Positions 32,497-42,476 of a DNA stretch of 64,000 nucleotides are shown one piece after another. The notes under the pieces are model-generated. The model searched no databases. It saw only the letters and a program-made list of their open reading frames with translations, and was not told the DNA's origin. The DNA comes from Deltaproteobacteria bacterium (GTDB lineage Bacteria; Myxococcota_A; Polyangia; Polyangiales; Houyiibacteriaceae). The stretch covers positions 128,001-192,000 of the forward strand of contig JAXMNT010000009.1 in NCBI GenBank assembly GCA_034670305.1, given 5' to 3'. The translations under genes and the position numbers were made by a program. The first letter of the stretch is position 1. Each line of letters begins with the position of its first letter.

Positions 32497-34092
32497 GTGC
32501 GCACCACCCGCTTTGTCTTTTCGCTTCTCTTTCTCTGCGGCGCGCTCGCGTGCGGCGACGACGACGCTGGTGTCGATGTGGACGGTGGCACCGACGATGG
32601 CGGCACGACCGAAGACGCCATGGTCGAGGCCGATGGATTCGTTCCGGACGGCTTCGTGCCGGACCCCGACACGGGCGTCGAAGAGATGTGCGACACACCC
32701 GGCGCCGTCGAGAGCACCCCATGCGGCATGTGCGGCACCGTGGAGCGGTTCTGCAACTCGGACCGTGTGTGGGTGTACGGCGACTGCGAAGGCGAGTCGG
32801 GTGTCTGCGAAGCGGGCACCACCGAGACCACCATGTGCGGCAACTGCGGCACGCAGATGACCCGTTGCAGCGCGACGTGTGAGTGGGAAGACGTCGGCGC
32901 GTGCTCCGACGAAGGGGAGTGTGCACCTGGCGAGCGGACCCGCAGCACCGAAGGGTGCCCGGAGGGATCGAATCGGGAAGTCTTGTGCTCCGACGTCTGC
33001 GTGTACGAACCCACCGAAGAGTGCAACTCCGACCCCTGCGACCGGCCCGGCGCGATCGAAGACGTGCCATGTGGTTTGTGCGGCACCGCGGAACGGTTCT
33101 GCAGCGTCGAGGGTTCGTGGGAGTACGGCACCTGCATGGACGAAGGTGTCTGCATGCCGGGCACCACCGACGACATCGAGTGTGGCATGTGCGGTTCACG
33201 CACCGCGCGGTGCAACGACTCGTGCGCCTGGGTCGCCAGTGGCGCGTGTATGGACGAAGGCACCTGCGCCCCCGGAGAGACCCGTCGCATCACGGCGGGC
33301 TGTCCCTCCGGCGAGACCCGTCTGATGGAGTGCGGCGATGGCTGCGGCTACACGATCGAGCTCGAGGGCTGCACCGCGGCCCGCCCGATCGACGTCATCT
33401 TCCTGCTCGAGACCACTGGCTCGAACAACGCCCAGTTGACGTCCGACCTGCCCGCTCTCGAGTCCGCGTGCGTGCGACCGTTGCTCGCGCTCGACGATGT
33501 GAACGTGGGCGTCGCCTACTTCGGCGAGTACCCGATCTCCCCTTACGGTTCCCCCGGTGACCGTCCGTTCCAGGGCGGCGTCGAACCCGGCACGACGGTC
33601 CGAGCGGTGACCAACGAATGGGACGGCCGACCCATGTTCGGTGGTGCCGATGGTCCCGACGGGTTGGTCGAAGGACTCTTCTCGCTCCATGGCGGACGAC
33701 TCGCGGCGGCCTCCATCGCGATGGAGTGCAGCGCGGGACGAGAAGCCGGCGGCTGCTGGCGTCCGACGGCGCAGCAGGTCGTCGTCGTCCACACCGACAG
33801 CGAGGTCCACAACGGACCGAACCCCGAGGGCAGCGGACTCTACTCGCCCTACGCTGGGATCTCGCCGGCGCCGGCGACCTGGCCGGGAACCCGGACCCGC
33901 ATGCGCAGTGACGAGACGGTTCTGCTCATCTTGGACGACAGCGACTTCTCGACGACCAGCACCCAGCAGTTCGACCTGATGATCGACGATCTGGGTCAAC
34001 CCGCCACCGACCGCCACGACATCTCGAGTGGCACCGTCACGGACGCCTGTGCGGAAGTCGTCGCGCGGGTGCGCGGCTTGATGACGCCCTGA
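32497..34092 (+). CDS. Lipoprotein with Cys-rich (CGxCG) repeats and C-terminal vWA-like domain
   Basis: ALAC lipobox; repeated CG.CG....C...W...C; IDVIFLLETTGS and VVVVHTD vWA pattern. Confidence 0.8.
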   Translation: MRTTRFVFSLLFLCGALACGDDDAGVDVDGGTDDGGTTEDAMVEADGFVPDGFVPDPDTGVEEMCDTPGAVESTPCGMCGTVERFCNSDRVWVYGDCEGESGVCEAGTTETTMCGNCGTQMTRCSATCEWEDVGACSDEGECAPGERTRSTEGCPEGSNREVLCSDVCVYEPTEECNSDPCDRPGAIEDVPCGLCGTAERFCSVEGSWEYGTCMDEGVCMPGTTDDIECGMCGSRTARCNDSCAWVASGACMDEGTCAPGETRRITAGCPSGETRLMECGDGCGYTIELEGCTAARPIDVIFLLETTGSNNAQLTSDLPALESACVRPLLALDDVNVGVAYFGEYPISPYGSPGDRPFQGGVEPGTTVRAVTNEWDGRPMFGGADGPDGLVEGLFSLHGGRLAAASIAMECSAGREAGGCWRPTAQQVVVVHTDSEVHNGPNPEGSGLYSPYAGISPAPATWPGTRTRMRSDETVLLILDDSDFSTTSTQQFDLMIDDLGQPATDRHDISSGTVTDACAEVVARVRGLMTP

Positions 34093-34111
34093 CACCGAGT
34101 CGTTGAAGCCC

Positions 34112-34147
34112 GCGCCCGTCTGGACCACCAGGCGGGCGCAGTCTTTC
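34112..34147 (+). terminator. Hairpin / probable terminator after the vWA lipoprotein gene
   Basis: GCGCCCGTCTGG-ACCA-CCAGGCGGGCGC followed by AGTCTTTC. Confidence 0.55.
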
Positions 34148-34310
34148 GTGCGGGACGCTCTGGCCGCAGGAACGAAGCGACGAGCAGTCCTGAGCCCCGC
34201 GAGAGACGAGCCAGCCATGTGTGGGTTTGGGGACCGGCTTGGGCAGCCACCTTCTTTCACGAGCGCGGCGGGGCTTGCGAAGGTTGGGACGCCGCCTTAC
34301 CCACATCCCC

Positions 34311-34607
34311 ATGCGCACCCTCCACCAACCCCGTGTCGAGTATGCGCACCTCTGCGTCTGGCCAGCCTTGAACTGAGGCCGTGGCGGTCGACTGAACGCG
34401 TTTACACGGGGATAGTCGCTGCGGGGCTGGGCTCGACCTCGTCGGATGCCTCCTTCGCGACAATCCTTCGCGTTCCCGCCACGGAAACCCCGCGATCGCG
34501 ACCGCTCTTCTTCGGAGGAGGGGTCCATGCGTGTCGCGGTCGTTCGTGCCGTTCGAGTCCCGTGAACCGGGACTCGGGAGGGCACGCCTCCATCTTCGAG
34601 AAGTCTC
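34311..34607 (+). promoter_or_regulatory. Putative structured 5' leader of the EF-G paralogue with two uORFs
   Basis: uORFs at 34311-34376 and 34527-34565; several long inverted repeats (see finding). Confidence 0.4.
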
Positions 34608-36626
34608 ATGACCACCATTTCCAGAACCCGAAACTTTGGCATCGTCGCGCACGTCGACGCTGGCAAGACCACGCTCAGCGAACGCATCTTGCGTTTCACC
34701 GGACGCATCCGTCGCACCGGTGAAGTCCACCAGGGCGACACCGTGCTCGACCACCGTGCCGACGAACGCGACATGGGCATCACCATCACCGCCGCGACCG
34801 CGCGGTGTGCATGGCGTGACCACGTCCTCCACTTGATCGACACCCCAGGCCACGTCGACTTCACCGTGGAAGTCTCGCGCTCTTTGCGCGTGCTCGACGG
34901 AGTCGTGGTGGTGCTCGATGGCGTTGCCGGCGTCGAACCTCAGACCGAAACCGTCTGGCGTCAGGCCGATGCGCACACGCTTCCGCGCGTGCTGTTCGTG
35001 AACAAACTCGATCGGGCCGGCGCGTCCTTCGATCGCTGCCTCGCGGCGGTGGAAGAACGTTTTGGCGTGCTCGTGGCGCCGGTCGTCGTACCGGTCGATG
35101 GCGATGCCGACTGTCTGATCGACGTCGTCTCGGCTCGGCTCCTGATCTGGGCCGACGCCGAGGGACTCGAGCTGTCCACAGGTCCGGTCCCAGAGCGCTG
35201 GCGCTCGCTTCTCGAGCAAGCGCGCGAACGACTCGTGCTTGCGTGTTCGCTCTTCGACGGGTCTCTGCTCGAAGAACTCTTGCAAGACGGTCCGCTCGGC
35301 ATCGAACCGGAGCGTCTTCGGAACGCGCTTCGGCACGCCACGCTGGAGCGTCTGGTGGTCCCGGCACTCGCCGGGTCCGCCTACACCAACCGTGGCGTGC
35401 AGCCCTTGCTGGACGCGGTGGTGGATCTGCTTCCATCACCGGAAGACCGAGCGCTTCCGCTCGGCCTTCGTCCGGAGGCAGACGCACCACTGGCCGCGTT
35501 CTGTTTCAAAGTGGTGCACGACAAGTTCGGCGCACTCACCTTCGCGCGCGTCTATTCGGGCACCCTTCGAGAAGGCACCCGGGTCCGGCGCGGGCGAGAC
35601 GACTCGAGCCCGCGCGTCGGGCGACTCGTGCGGGTGTTCGCAGCGGACCGTGAAGACGTGTCGCTCGCGACGGCCGGCGAGATCGTCGGCCTGCTCGGTG
35701 GTGACTTCATCACCGGCGACGTGCTCTCCGACGTCGGAAGCGACGTCGCGCTCGAACCCATTCACATTCCGGAGCCGGTCACACTGCGTGCGATCGAGCC
35801 CCAGACCCGGAAGGATCGCGACCGCCTCGGCGGTGCCCTGCGCCGGCTGCTGATCGAAGACCCGTCTTTGCGGGTCTCGACCGACGCCGACACGGGCCAG
35901 ACGCTCCTCGCGGGCATGGGGGAACTCCACCTCGACATCGCGCTCCGTCGTCTTCGCGACGACCATGGCGTGGGTGTGACCGCGGGTTCGCCTCTGGTCG
36001 CCTACCGCGAGACCATCGCGCGCAGCGCCGACCACGACGTGAAACTCAAGAAGCAGAGCGGTGGACCAGGGCAGTTCGCACACATCGTGGTGCAGGTTCG
36101 GCCCGGTGCGCCTGGGTCCGAACTCGTCTTCGCCGACCGCACTTCGGGCGGCGAAGTGCCTCGGTGTTTCGTACCCGCCATCGAGCGGGGTCTGCGCGAC
36201 GGAATGACGCGCGGTCCGCTCGGCCAGCCGATCGTCGACCTCGAGGTCGATCTGGTCGGCGGTTCGTTTCACGCGAACGATTCGCACGAACGCGACTTTC
36301 AGTTGGTCGCGGCGCGTGCGGTTCGGGAAGCGTGCCGCCTCGGCGGCCCGGTGCTGCTCGAACCTTGGATGAGGCTCGAGGTCACCGTGCCCGAATCCGA
36401 ACTCGGCGATGTGCTCGGAGATCTGAGCAGTCGTCGCGCCCGCATCACCGACCTCGAGGCCGGCGTGGGCACGTCGACGGTGCGGGCGGAGGTTCCGCTC
36501 TCCCGCACGTTCGGATACGCAGCGAAGCTCGCGTCGATCTCGCATGGACGCGGCAGCTTCGTGCTCGAACCGCTGGCGTACGAACCCGTTCCGGGTGCGC
36601 TTGTGGCGGAGGCTCTGGCGGGCTGA
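34608..36626 (+). CDS. fusA: Elongation factor G paralogue (EF-G2-like)
   Basis: AHVDAGKTT, GITI, DTPGHVDF, NKLD, GMGELHL, KQSGGPGQFA and LLEP motifs; lies outside the str operon, is divergent (MGITI instead of RGITI) and is 672 aa. Confidence 0.92.
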   Translation: MTTISRTRNFGIVAHVDAGKTTLSERILRFTGRIRRTGEVHQGDTVLDHRADERDMGITITAATARCAWRDHVLHLIDTPGHVDFTVEVSRSLRVLDGVVVVLDGVAGVEPQTETVWRQADAHTLPRVLFVNKLDRAGASFDRCLAAVEERFGVLVAPVVVPVDGDADCLIDVVSARLLIWADAEGLELSTGPVPERWRSLLEQARERLVLACSLFDGSLLEELLQDGPLGIEPERLRNALRHATLERLVVPALAGSAYTNRGVQPLLDAVVDLLPSPEDRALPLGLRPEADAPLAAFCFKVVHDKFGALTFARVYSGTLREGTRVRRGRDDSSPRVGRLVRVFAADREDVSLATAGEIVGLLGGDFITGDVLSDVGSDVALEPIHIPEPVTLRAIEPQTRKDRDRLGGALRRLLIEDPSLRVSTDADTGQTLLAGMGELHLDIALRRLRDDHGVGVTAGSPLVAYRETIARSADHDVKLKKQSGGPGQFAHIVVQVRPGAPGSELVFADRTSGGEVPRCFVPAIERGLRDGMTRGPLGQPIVDLEVDLVGGSFHANDSHERDFQLVAARAVREACRLGGPVLLEPWMRLEVTVPESELGDVLGDLSSRRARITDLEAGVGTSTVRAEVPLSRTFGYAAKLASISHGRGSFVLEPLAYEPVPGALVAEALAG

Positions 36627-36644
36627 ACGTCAGACCCACGAGAG

Positions 36645-36686
36645 ACGGCCCGGTTCACGTTCGCACGTGGGCCGGGCCGTTGTTTT
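36645..36686 (+). terminator. Intrinsic terminator between convergent fusA2 and frr
   Basis: ACGGCCCGGTTCACGT-TCGC-ACGTGGGCCGGGCCGT followed by TGTTTT. Confidence 0.8.
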
Positions 36687-36716
36687 GTCATGAGGTCGGG
36701 TGAACGCGGAAGCGCG

Positions 36717-37274
36717 TCAGACCACCATGATGTCTTTCTCTTTCTTGGAGACGAGCTCGTCGGTCCGCTCGGTGCCGGCTTTCACGACGGCTTCCATCTC
36801 CTTGCGGCCGCGATCGGCTTCGTCGGCACCGACGTCGCCGTCCTTCTCCATCGCATCGAACATGTCTTTCGCTTCGTGTCGAGCGGCGCGGATGGCGACC
36901 TTGCAGTCTTCGCCCTTCGCTTTCGCGACCTTGACCAGATCCTTGCGGCGCTCTTCGGTGAGGGCGGGCATGGGGATGCGGATGAGCTCGCCGTCGTTCG
37001 ACGGGTTGAGCCCCAGCTGGGCCTTCATGATGGCCGCTTCGATCTCCTTCATCTGAGTCCGGTCGAAGGGCTTGAGCAGGATCATGCGCGGCTCGGGTAC
37101 GCTCATCGACGCGATCTGTTTGAGCGGCGTCGGCGTGCCGTAATAGTCCACGCGTACCCCGTCGAGAACGTCGGGGTTGGCGCGACCAGTGCGGATCTTC
37201 GCCAGCTCACGTTTGAGAGAATCGTGCGCCTGCTTGATGGACGCGTTCAGCTCGTTGAGGGTGTCCTTGATCAT
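36717..37274 (-). CDS. frr: Ribosome recycling factor
   Basis: IRTGRANP, VDYYG..TPL, LGLNP.NDG, PALTEERRK. Confidence 0.97.
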   Translation of the reverse strand: MIKDTLNELNASIKQAHDSLKRELAKIRTGRANPDVLDGVRVDYYGTPTPLKQIASMSVPEPRMILLKPFDRTQMKEIEAAIMKAQLGLNPSNDGELIRIPMPALTEERRKDLVKVAKAKGEDCKVAIRAARHEAKDMFDAMEKDGDVGADEADRGRKEMEAVVKAGTERTDELVSKKEKDIMVV

Positions 37275-37334
37275 CGTCCGACTGTACCCGACCCCACACC
37301 AGGCCGGGAAGCGAGATGTTCACTCGACGGGTAC

Positions 37335-37597
37335 CTCGCGAAGCGAGCCAGGCCACGAGATGACGCCAGCGAGTCAGGCATCTCCACCCGTGCACCTGCG
37401 CAGGCCGCAGGCCGAGCAACTGGTGCACTCCCCAAGTGCGTCACAGAGGCGGCGGGAGTGCATCGACCGCGCACAGCCGCAAACGCCGCACTGCTTCTTC
37501 AGTGCACCCATCGAAGGGCGGCGAGCACGTCGATGTGCTCTGGACGCCGAATTAGGGCCGCCAGTCGAGCGAAGCGAGCCAGGCCCGTAGCGGCAAT
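37335..37597 (-). repeat. Third copy of the ~232-bp dispersed repeat, between pyrH and frr
   Basis: Reverse complement aligns by eye with 31905-32170, including the terminal partial repeat. Confidence 0.92.
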
Positions 37598-37600
37598 GAA

Positions 37601-38323
37601 CTAAGCCTCGTGGACCAAGGTGCCGACGTCTTCGCCGAGCACGACCCGTTTGATGTTGCCGCGCTGATGAAGCGCGAACACCCGGATCGGGAGCTTGTTG
37701 TCACGGCAGAGCGTGACGGCCGTCGAATCCATCACCTGGACCCGGTCGACCAGGAATCGATCGTAGGCGAGGCGCCGGTACATGACCGCGTCGTCGTGTT
37801 CGACGGGGTCTTTGTCGTAGATGCCTTCGACCTTGGTGGCCTTGCAGAGACACTCGGCGCCGATCTCCATCGCTCGGAGCGCGGCCGCGGTGTCGGTCGA
37901 GAAGAACGGGTTGCCGGTGCCCGCCACGAAGATGACGATGCGTCCCTTCTCGAGGTGCCGAATGGCTTTGCGGCGGATGTACGGCTCGGCGACTTGGCGG
38001 ATTTCGAGTGCGCTCACGAGCCGCGTCTGGACCCCGAGTTTCTCGAGCGCGTCCTGGAGCGCGATGCCGTTGATGACCGTCGCGAGCATGCCCATGTGGT
38101 CGGCCGCGGTGCGGTCCATGCCCACCGCGTTGCCCTTGAGGCCGCGGAAGATGTTTCCGCCCCCGATGACGATTCCGAGCTGGCACCCGAGCGCGTGAAC
38201 TTCGCCGATCTCCGCTGCGATTTCGCGGAGGGTTTCGGGGCGAATGCCAAACCCCCCGATTTCGCCGCAGAGGGCTTCACCGGAGAGTTTCAGCATCACG
38301 CGCTTGAGCGCCAGTTCGGCCAT
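37601..38323 (-). CDS. pyrH: UMP kinase
   Basis: [41 protein letters not shown]. Confidence 0.98.
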   Translation of the reverse strand: MAELALKRVMLKLSGEALCGEIGGFGIRPETLREIAAEIGEVHALGCQLGIVIGGGNIFRGLKGNAVGMDRTAADHMGMLATVINGIALQDALEKLGVQTRLVSALEIRQVAEPYIRRKAIRHLEKGRIVIFVAGTGNPFFSTDTAAALRAMEIGAECLCKATKVEGIYDKDPVEHDDAVMYRRLAYDRFLVDRVQVMDSTAVTLCRDNKLPIRVFALHQRGNIKRVVLGEDVGTLVHEA

Positions 38324-38325
38324 CC

Positions 38326-39303
38326 TCAGGCTTGCTTCAGCGTTTCGGCGACGTCGGCCGCGAGGTCGACCTTCTTCTTCTCGATGCCCTCGCCAAGCTC
38401 GTAGCGAACGAAGCGGCGGATCGAGACCTTCTCACCGATCTTGGCGCTCAACTCGTCGGACACGACGGCGACCGTCTTCTTGTCTTCCGACATGATGAAC
38501 TCTTGGTCGAGGAGCACGACGCCCTTCTTCCACTTGGCGAGCTTGCCTTCGATGATGCCGGCGATGGCCTTGGCGGGCTTGCTCTTGCCCGTCTCCTTGG
38601 CTTCTTCGTCGAGCTGGCCCTGGAAGATGCGCTTTTGCTTTTCGATCGCCTCGTCGGTGATCTCTTCGCCGCGCACGTACTCGGGCTTCTCGGCCGCGAT
38701 GTGCATGCCGACCTCTTCGACGAACTGCTGGAACTCTTCGTTGCGTGCCACGAAGTCGGTCTGGCAGTTCACTTCGACGATCACCCCCACGCGGTTGCCC
38801 GGGTGGATGTAGGCGTGGACCCAGCCTTCGGCGGCGATGGCGCCGGCCTTCTTGGCGACCTTCGCGAGGCCCTTGGCCTGGATGAGCTCGAGCGCCGCTT
38901 CTTCGTCGCCGCCGGCCTCCTGGAGTGCCTTCTTGCAGTCCATCATGCCAGCGCCGGTGCGGTCGCGGAGCGCCTTCACCATCTTCGCGTCGATCTTGCC
39001 GGCCGGCTTCGCCGCCTTCTTGTCCGACTTCGCGCCCTTGGCGCCCTTGTCGGCGGCCCACTTGCGAACTTCCGTGCGGAACCACTCGTCCGCTTCGTCC
39101 GTCCACTTCAGCTTGTCGCGGATGTACGCCACGGTGTCTTTTTCGACGTCCGTGTAGGTGTCGCCATCCTTGACGAGCTTGAAGAGCATCGCTGCGTCGT
39201 CTTTGCTGATCCGTCCATCGCCCTTGCCGGCGACGGCCTTCTCGGCTGCGTCGATCAGCTCGCCGTCGTACTTCTTGCCTTCGATCTGCTTGTAGTAGCC
39301 CAT
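38326..39303 (-). CDS. tsf: Elongation factor Ts (short type) with an extra ~85-aa N-terminal domain and Lys/Ala linker
   Basis: [48 protein letters not shown] 39303 preceded by AGGA; located between rpsB and pyrH. Confidence 0.95.
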   Translation of the reverse strand: MGYYKQIEGKKYDGELIDAAEKAVAGKGDGRISKDDAAMLFKLVKDGDTYTDVEKDTVAYIRDKLKWTDEADEWFRTEVRKWAADKGAKGAKSDKKAAKPAGKIDAKMVKALRDRTGAGMMDCKKALQEAGGDEEAALELIQAKGLAKVAKKAGAIAAEGWVHAYIHPGNRVGVIVEVNCQTDFVARNEEFQQFVEEVGMHIAAEKPEYVRGEEITDEAIEKQKRIFQGQLDEEAKETGKSKPAKAIAGIIEGKLAKWKKGVVLLDQEFIMSEDKKTVAVVSDELSAKIGEKVSIRRFVRYELGEGIEKKKVDLAADVAETLKQA

Positions 39304-39343
39304 CGTGTTTCCTGAGTCTGGAGTTGGGTTGAGAGGCGAGGGG

Positions 39344-40207
39344 CTAGCGGCGACCGCCGCCACCGCCGCCGGGGCGACGCTTGCCACGCTGGAACTCGAC
39401 GGCGACGCCGTCGGCCGAGGACGCGGGCTGACCCGAGCCGACCATCTCGCGACGGCGCTGGTGGCCTTCGATGCATGCATCGGCGAGGCGCGACGTGACG
39501 AGCTTGATCGAGCGGATGGCGTCGTCGTTGCCCGGGATGATGAAGTCGACGAGATCCGGATCGCAGTTCGTGTCGGTGAGCGCGACGATCGGGATGTGGA
39601 GCTTGCGGCCCTCGCGGACGGCGATGTGCTCGTGGTTCGGGTCGATCACGAAGAGCGCCGACGGCAGCGCGTTCATGAGCTTGATGCCGCCGAGGAACTT
39701 GTGGAGCTTCGACTGGTCGCGGCGAAGGGAGAGGCCCTCCTTCTTCGGAAGCGAGTCGAGCGTGCCGTCCTCGTCCTGGCGCTCGAGGTCGCGCAGACGC
39801 TCGATGCCGCCCTTGACGGTGCGGAAGTTCGTCAGCGTGCCACCGAGCCAGCGGCCGGTGACGTAGAACTGGCTCGCGCGGGTCGCTTCTTCGTAGACGA
39901 CGTCGGCGGCCTGGCGCTTGGTGCCGACGAAGAGCACGTGGCCACCGCGGGCGACCGCGTCCGACACGAACTGGAACGCCTTCTTGAAGAGCTGGGCGGT
40001 CTGGTCGAGGTCGATGATGTGGATGCCGCTCCGCGCGCCGTAGATGTACGGGCGCATCTTCGGGTTCCAGCGCTTGGTCTGGTGGCCGAAGTGCACGCCG
40101 GCGTCGATGAGGGGCTTGAGGCCGATGGGCAGGTCGCCCGAGGCGACGTCGGGGCTGCCGAGCGCCGCAAGTTCGGGCGCTTCCTGGATATCGTGGGTCT
40201 GGGTCAT
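39344..40207 (-). CDS. rpsB: 30S ribosomal protein S2
   Basis: [53 protein letters not shown] upstream of ATG 40207. Confidence 0.98.
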   Translation of the reverse strand: MTQTHDIQEAPELAALGSPDVASGDLPIGLKPLIDAGVHFGHQTKRWNPKMRPYIYGARSGIHIIDLDQTAQLFKKAFQFVSDAVARGGHVLFVGTKRQAADVVYEEATRASQFYVTGRWLGGTLTNFRTVKGGIERLRDLERQDEDGTLDSLPKKEGLSLRRDQSKLHKFLGGIKLMNALPSALFVIDPNHEHIAVREGRKLHIPIVALTDTNCDPDLVDFIIPGNDDAIRSIKLVTSRLADACIEGHQRRREMVGSGQPASSADGVAVEFQRGKRRPGGGGGGRR

Positions 40208-40209
40208 GT

Positions 40210-40295
40210 TTGCCTCCGGTTGTTCCGCCATCCCCTCCGCTTCGAGGACCCTTGCGGGCACCGGCTCGAGCGTTCCAAAAACGAGGAGATGTGAG
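40210..40295 (-). promoter_or_regulatory. rpsB 5' leader (S2 autoregulatory / t44-like structure)
   Basis: Stem CATCTCCTC/GAGGGGATG encloses GGTGCCC-GCAA-GGGTC, resembling the conserved rpsB leader core. Confidence 0.55.
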
Positions 40296-40491
40296 TGATT
40301 TCGGCGCCCTCGGAAGGAAGGAACCGGCTCCGTGAGGAGCGGCCGCTCTTTACCCCAGGGGGATGGGGTGGGCAAGCGGCGGCGTGCGCTCTCCAGGGTG
40401 GCCTGGCTTGGGGCGTCGGGTCGTCGGGCTGGGTCCCCCGCCGAACACGGGGTTGCTGGCGCCGACCACGGGGTGGGCGTAGAGGGGGGCC

Positions 40492-41793
40492 ATGCCCACC
40501 CTCCACCTCGATCGCCCACTGGAGCGCGCCATTCTTCAGGGACATCCCTGGATCTACGAGGACGCGCTCAAGCCGTCGCGCGTCGCCGCCGGCGCCGTCG
40601 TGACCGTGCGCGACCGGCGGGATCGATTCCTGGCGCGGGGCATCCGCGAGGGCGGGCCCATCGGCGTCCGGGTCTGGTCCCTCGACGGCCAGGAGACCAT
40701 CGACCAGGCCCTGGTGGAACGCCGGGTGCGGCAGTCGATCGAACGGCGCGAAGGTCAGGTGGGCGACTCCGACGCGTACCGCCTGGTGCACGGCGAAGGG
40801 GATCAGCTCCCGGGCATCGTCGTGGACCGCTACGGCCCGTACGCGGTCGTCCGCCTGGAGGGCGCGGTCGCGGAGTGTGGTTTCGTGCTGGACGGATTGC
40901 GCATGGCGCTGCGCGACCATCGCGGCGTGCTCCTTCGTCGGGGACGGAAACACGATGTGCAGTCGGAGGTGTTCTGCGGTCAGGCGCCGCCCAAGGATCT
41001 CGTGGTGCGCGAACACGGCATGCGCCTGTGTGTGAACGTCTGGAAAGGGCAGAAGACCGGTCTCTTTCTCGACCACCGCGAGTCGCGCCGCCGGGTGCGT
41101 GAGTTGGTCGCCTCGATGCGTGCCCCGCGCGTTCTGAACCTCTACGGCTACACCGGCGGGTTCAGCGTCGCGGCCGGACTGGGTGGGGCATCGACCGTGA
41201 CGACGGTCGACATCGCGGCGCCGGCGATCGCGCTCGCCAACGCGAGCTGGGCGGAGAACGGACTCGACACGCCGCACGAAGGACTCGCTTCGGACGTGCC
41301 GAAGTTCCTTCAAACGGACGATCGGGTGTGGGACCTCATCGTCGCGGACCCACCGAGTTTCGCACCGAGCCGCAAAGCGCTTCCGAACGCGCTTGCCGCA
41401 TACCGCAAACTTCACGCCGCATGTTTCGCCGCGCTGCGCGAGGGCGGGACCTACGTCGCGGCGTCGTGCTCCAGCCATGTCGATCACGCGATGTTCGAGC
41501 AGGGCCTGCGGGATGCGGCGTCGGACGCTCGGGTGCAGGTCGAAGATCTCGAGCGCTGGGATGGCGCGCCGGATCATCCGCGGCTCCCCGCGTTCCCAGA
41601 GGGCGACTACCTGTCCGTGATCCGTTGTCGCCGCGGGCGGACCCTGGGTGCGAAGAAGCCCGGCACCCCACCGAAGCGCGCAGCCGACTCGAAGCCGAAA
41701 CGCAGCGACTCGCCGAAACGCGGCGCGGGGTCCAACAAGGGATCCCAGAAACCGAAGTCGGGCCGGAAGGGTGGGAAGGCTGGCAAGGGGTGA
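40492..41793 (+). CDS. rlmI: RlmI/RlmK-family SAM-dependent rRNA methyltransferase with Lys-rich tail
   Basis: GHPWIY PUA start, [43 protein letters not shown]. Confidence 0.8.
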   Translation: MPTLHLDRPLERAILQGHPWIYEDALKPSRVAAGAVVTVRDRRDRFLARGIREGGPIGVRVWSLDGQETIDQALVERRVRQSIERREGQVGDSDAYRLVHGEGDQLPGIVVDRYGPYAVVRLEGAVAECGFVLDGLRMALRDHRGVLLRRGRKHDVQSEVFCGQAPPKDLVVREHGMRLCVNVWKGQKTGLFLDHRESRRRVRELVASMRAPRVLNLYGYTGGFSVAAGLGGASTVTTVDIAAPAIALANASWAENGLDTPHEGLASDVPKFLQTDDRVWDLIVADPPSFAPSRKALPNALAAYRKLHAACFAALREGGTYVAASCSSHVDHAMFEQGLRDAASDARVQVEDLERWDGAPDHPRLPAFPEGDYLSVIRCRRGRTLGAKKPGTPPKRAADSKPKRSDSPKRGAGSNKGSQKPKSGRKGGKAGKG

Positions 41794-42389
41794 GTCGAAC
41801 CCCCGGACCGCCCTACGTCGATCCGCTCGACCTCGTCTGGACCGCGACCGCGCGCCGCTTCGGTCTGATGATCGTCCGATCCGACGAAGTCTTCGCGTCC
41901 ACCGACGGTGCGGGCACCTTGACCTTGGGCACACCCGAGACGCTCGACCCCGACGACTGCCTCGCGCAGATGGTGTTGCACGAGCTGTGTCATTGGCTCG
42001 TGCAAGGCACGAATGCGGCGGGTGAGGCCGATTGGGGACTCGACAACGACAGCGTGCGCGACGTGCATCGAGAACATGCCTGTCTGAGAACCCAGGCCGC
42101 GCTCCTCGAGCCCCTGGGCCTCCGAGCCGTGCTTGGTCCGACGACTGATTTTCGCAGTTATTACGACGCGCTTCCCAGCCGCCCGCTCGACGAATCGACC
42201 GAAGAAGACCCGTCGGTTCCGATGGCCCGAGAGGCGATGCGACGCGCGGGCCAGCCCGAGTGGATGCCATTGCACGAGGCGCTCGACGCCACCCGCCGCA
42301 TGGCACAGATAGTTCAAAGATACATCCCCGCAGGAACCGCCGAAACGCTCTGGGCCAGACTCGTTTGCGCGATCGAAGAGCCGTCCTGA
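41790..42389 (+). CDS. HExxH protein, possibly EF-P hydroxylase (EpmC/YfcM)-like
   Basis: LHELCHWLVQG...DWGL motif; GTG start overlaps the rlmI stop (GTGA). Confidence 0.55.
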   Translation: MSRTPGPPYVDPLDLVWTATARRFGLMIVRSDEVFASTDGAGTLTLGTPETLDPDDCLAQMVLHELCHWLVQGTNAAGEADWGLDNDSVRDVHREHACLRTQAALLEPLGLRAVLGPTTDFRSYYDALPSRPLDESTEEDPSVPMAREAMRRAGQPEWMPLHEALDATRRMAQIVQRYIPAGTAETLWARLVCAIEEPS

Positions 42390-42476
42390 AGCCGGGACCC
42401 ATCCGATGTTCGTTTGGCCTCGAAGGCACCCTGGATCGGCGTGCACTTATCGAAGTACGGGCGTAGACTCGCCTGC

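Noticed and set aside
34103-34723. 206-aa ORF upstream of and overlapping fusA2
   Set aside because: Pro/Arg/Ser-rich with no motifs; it crosses a terminator-like hairpin and overlaps fusA2 out of frame
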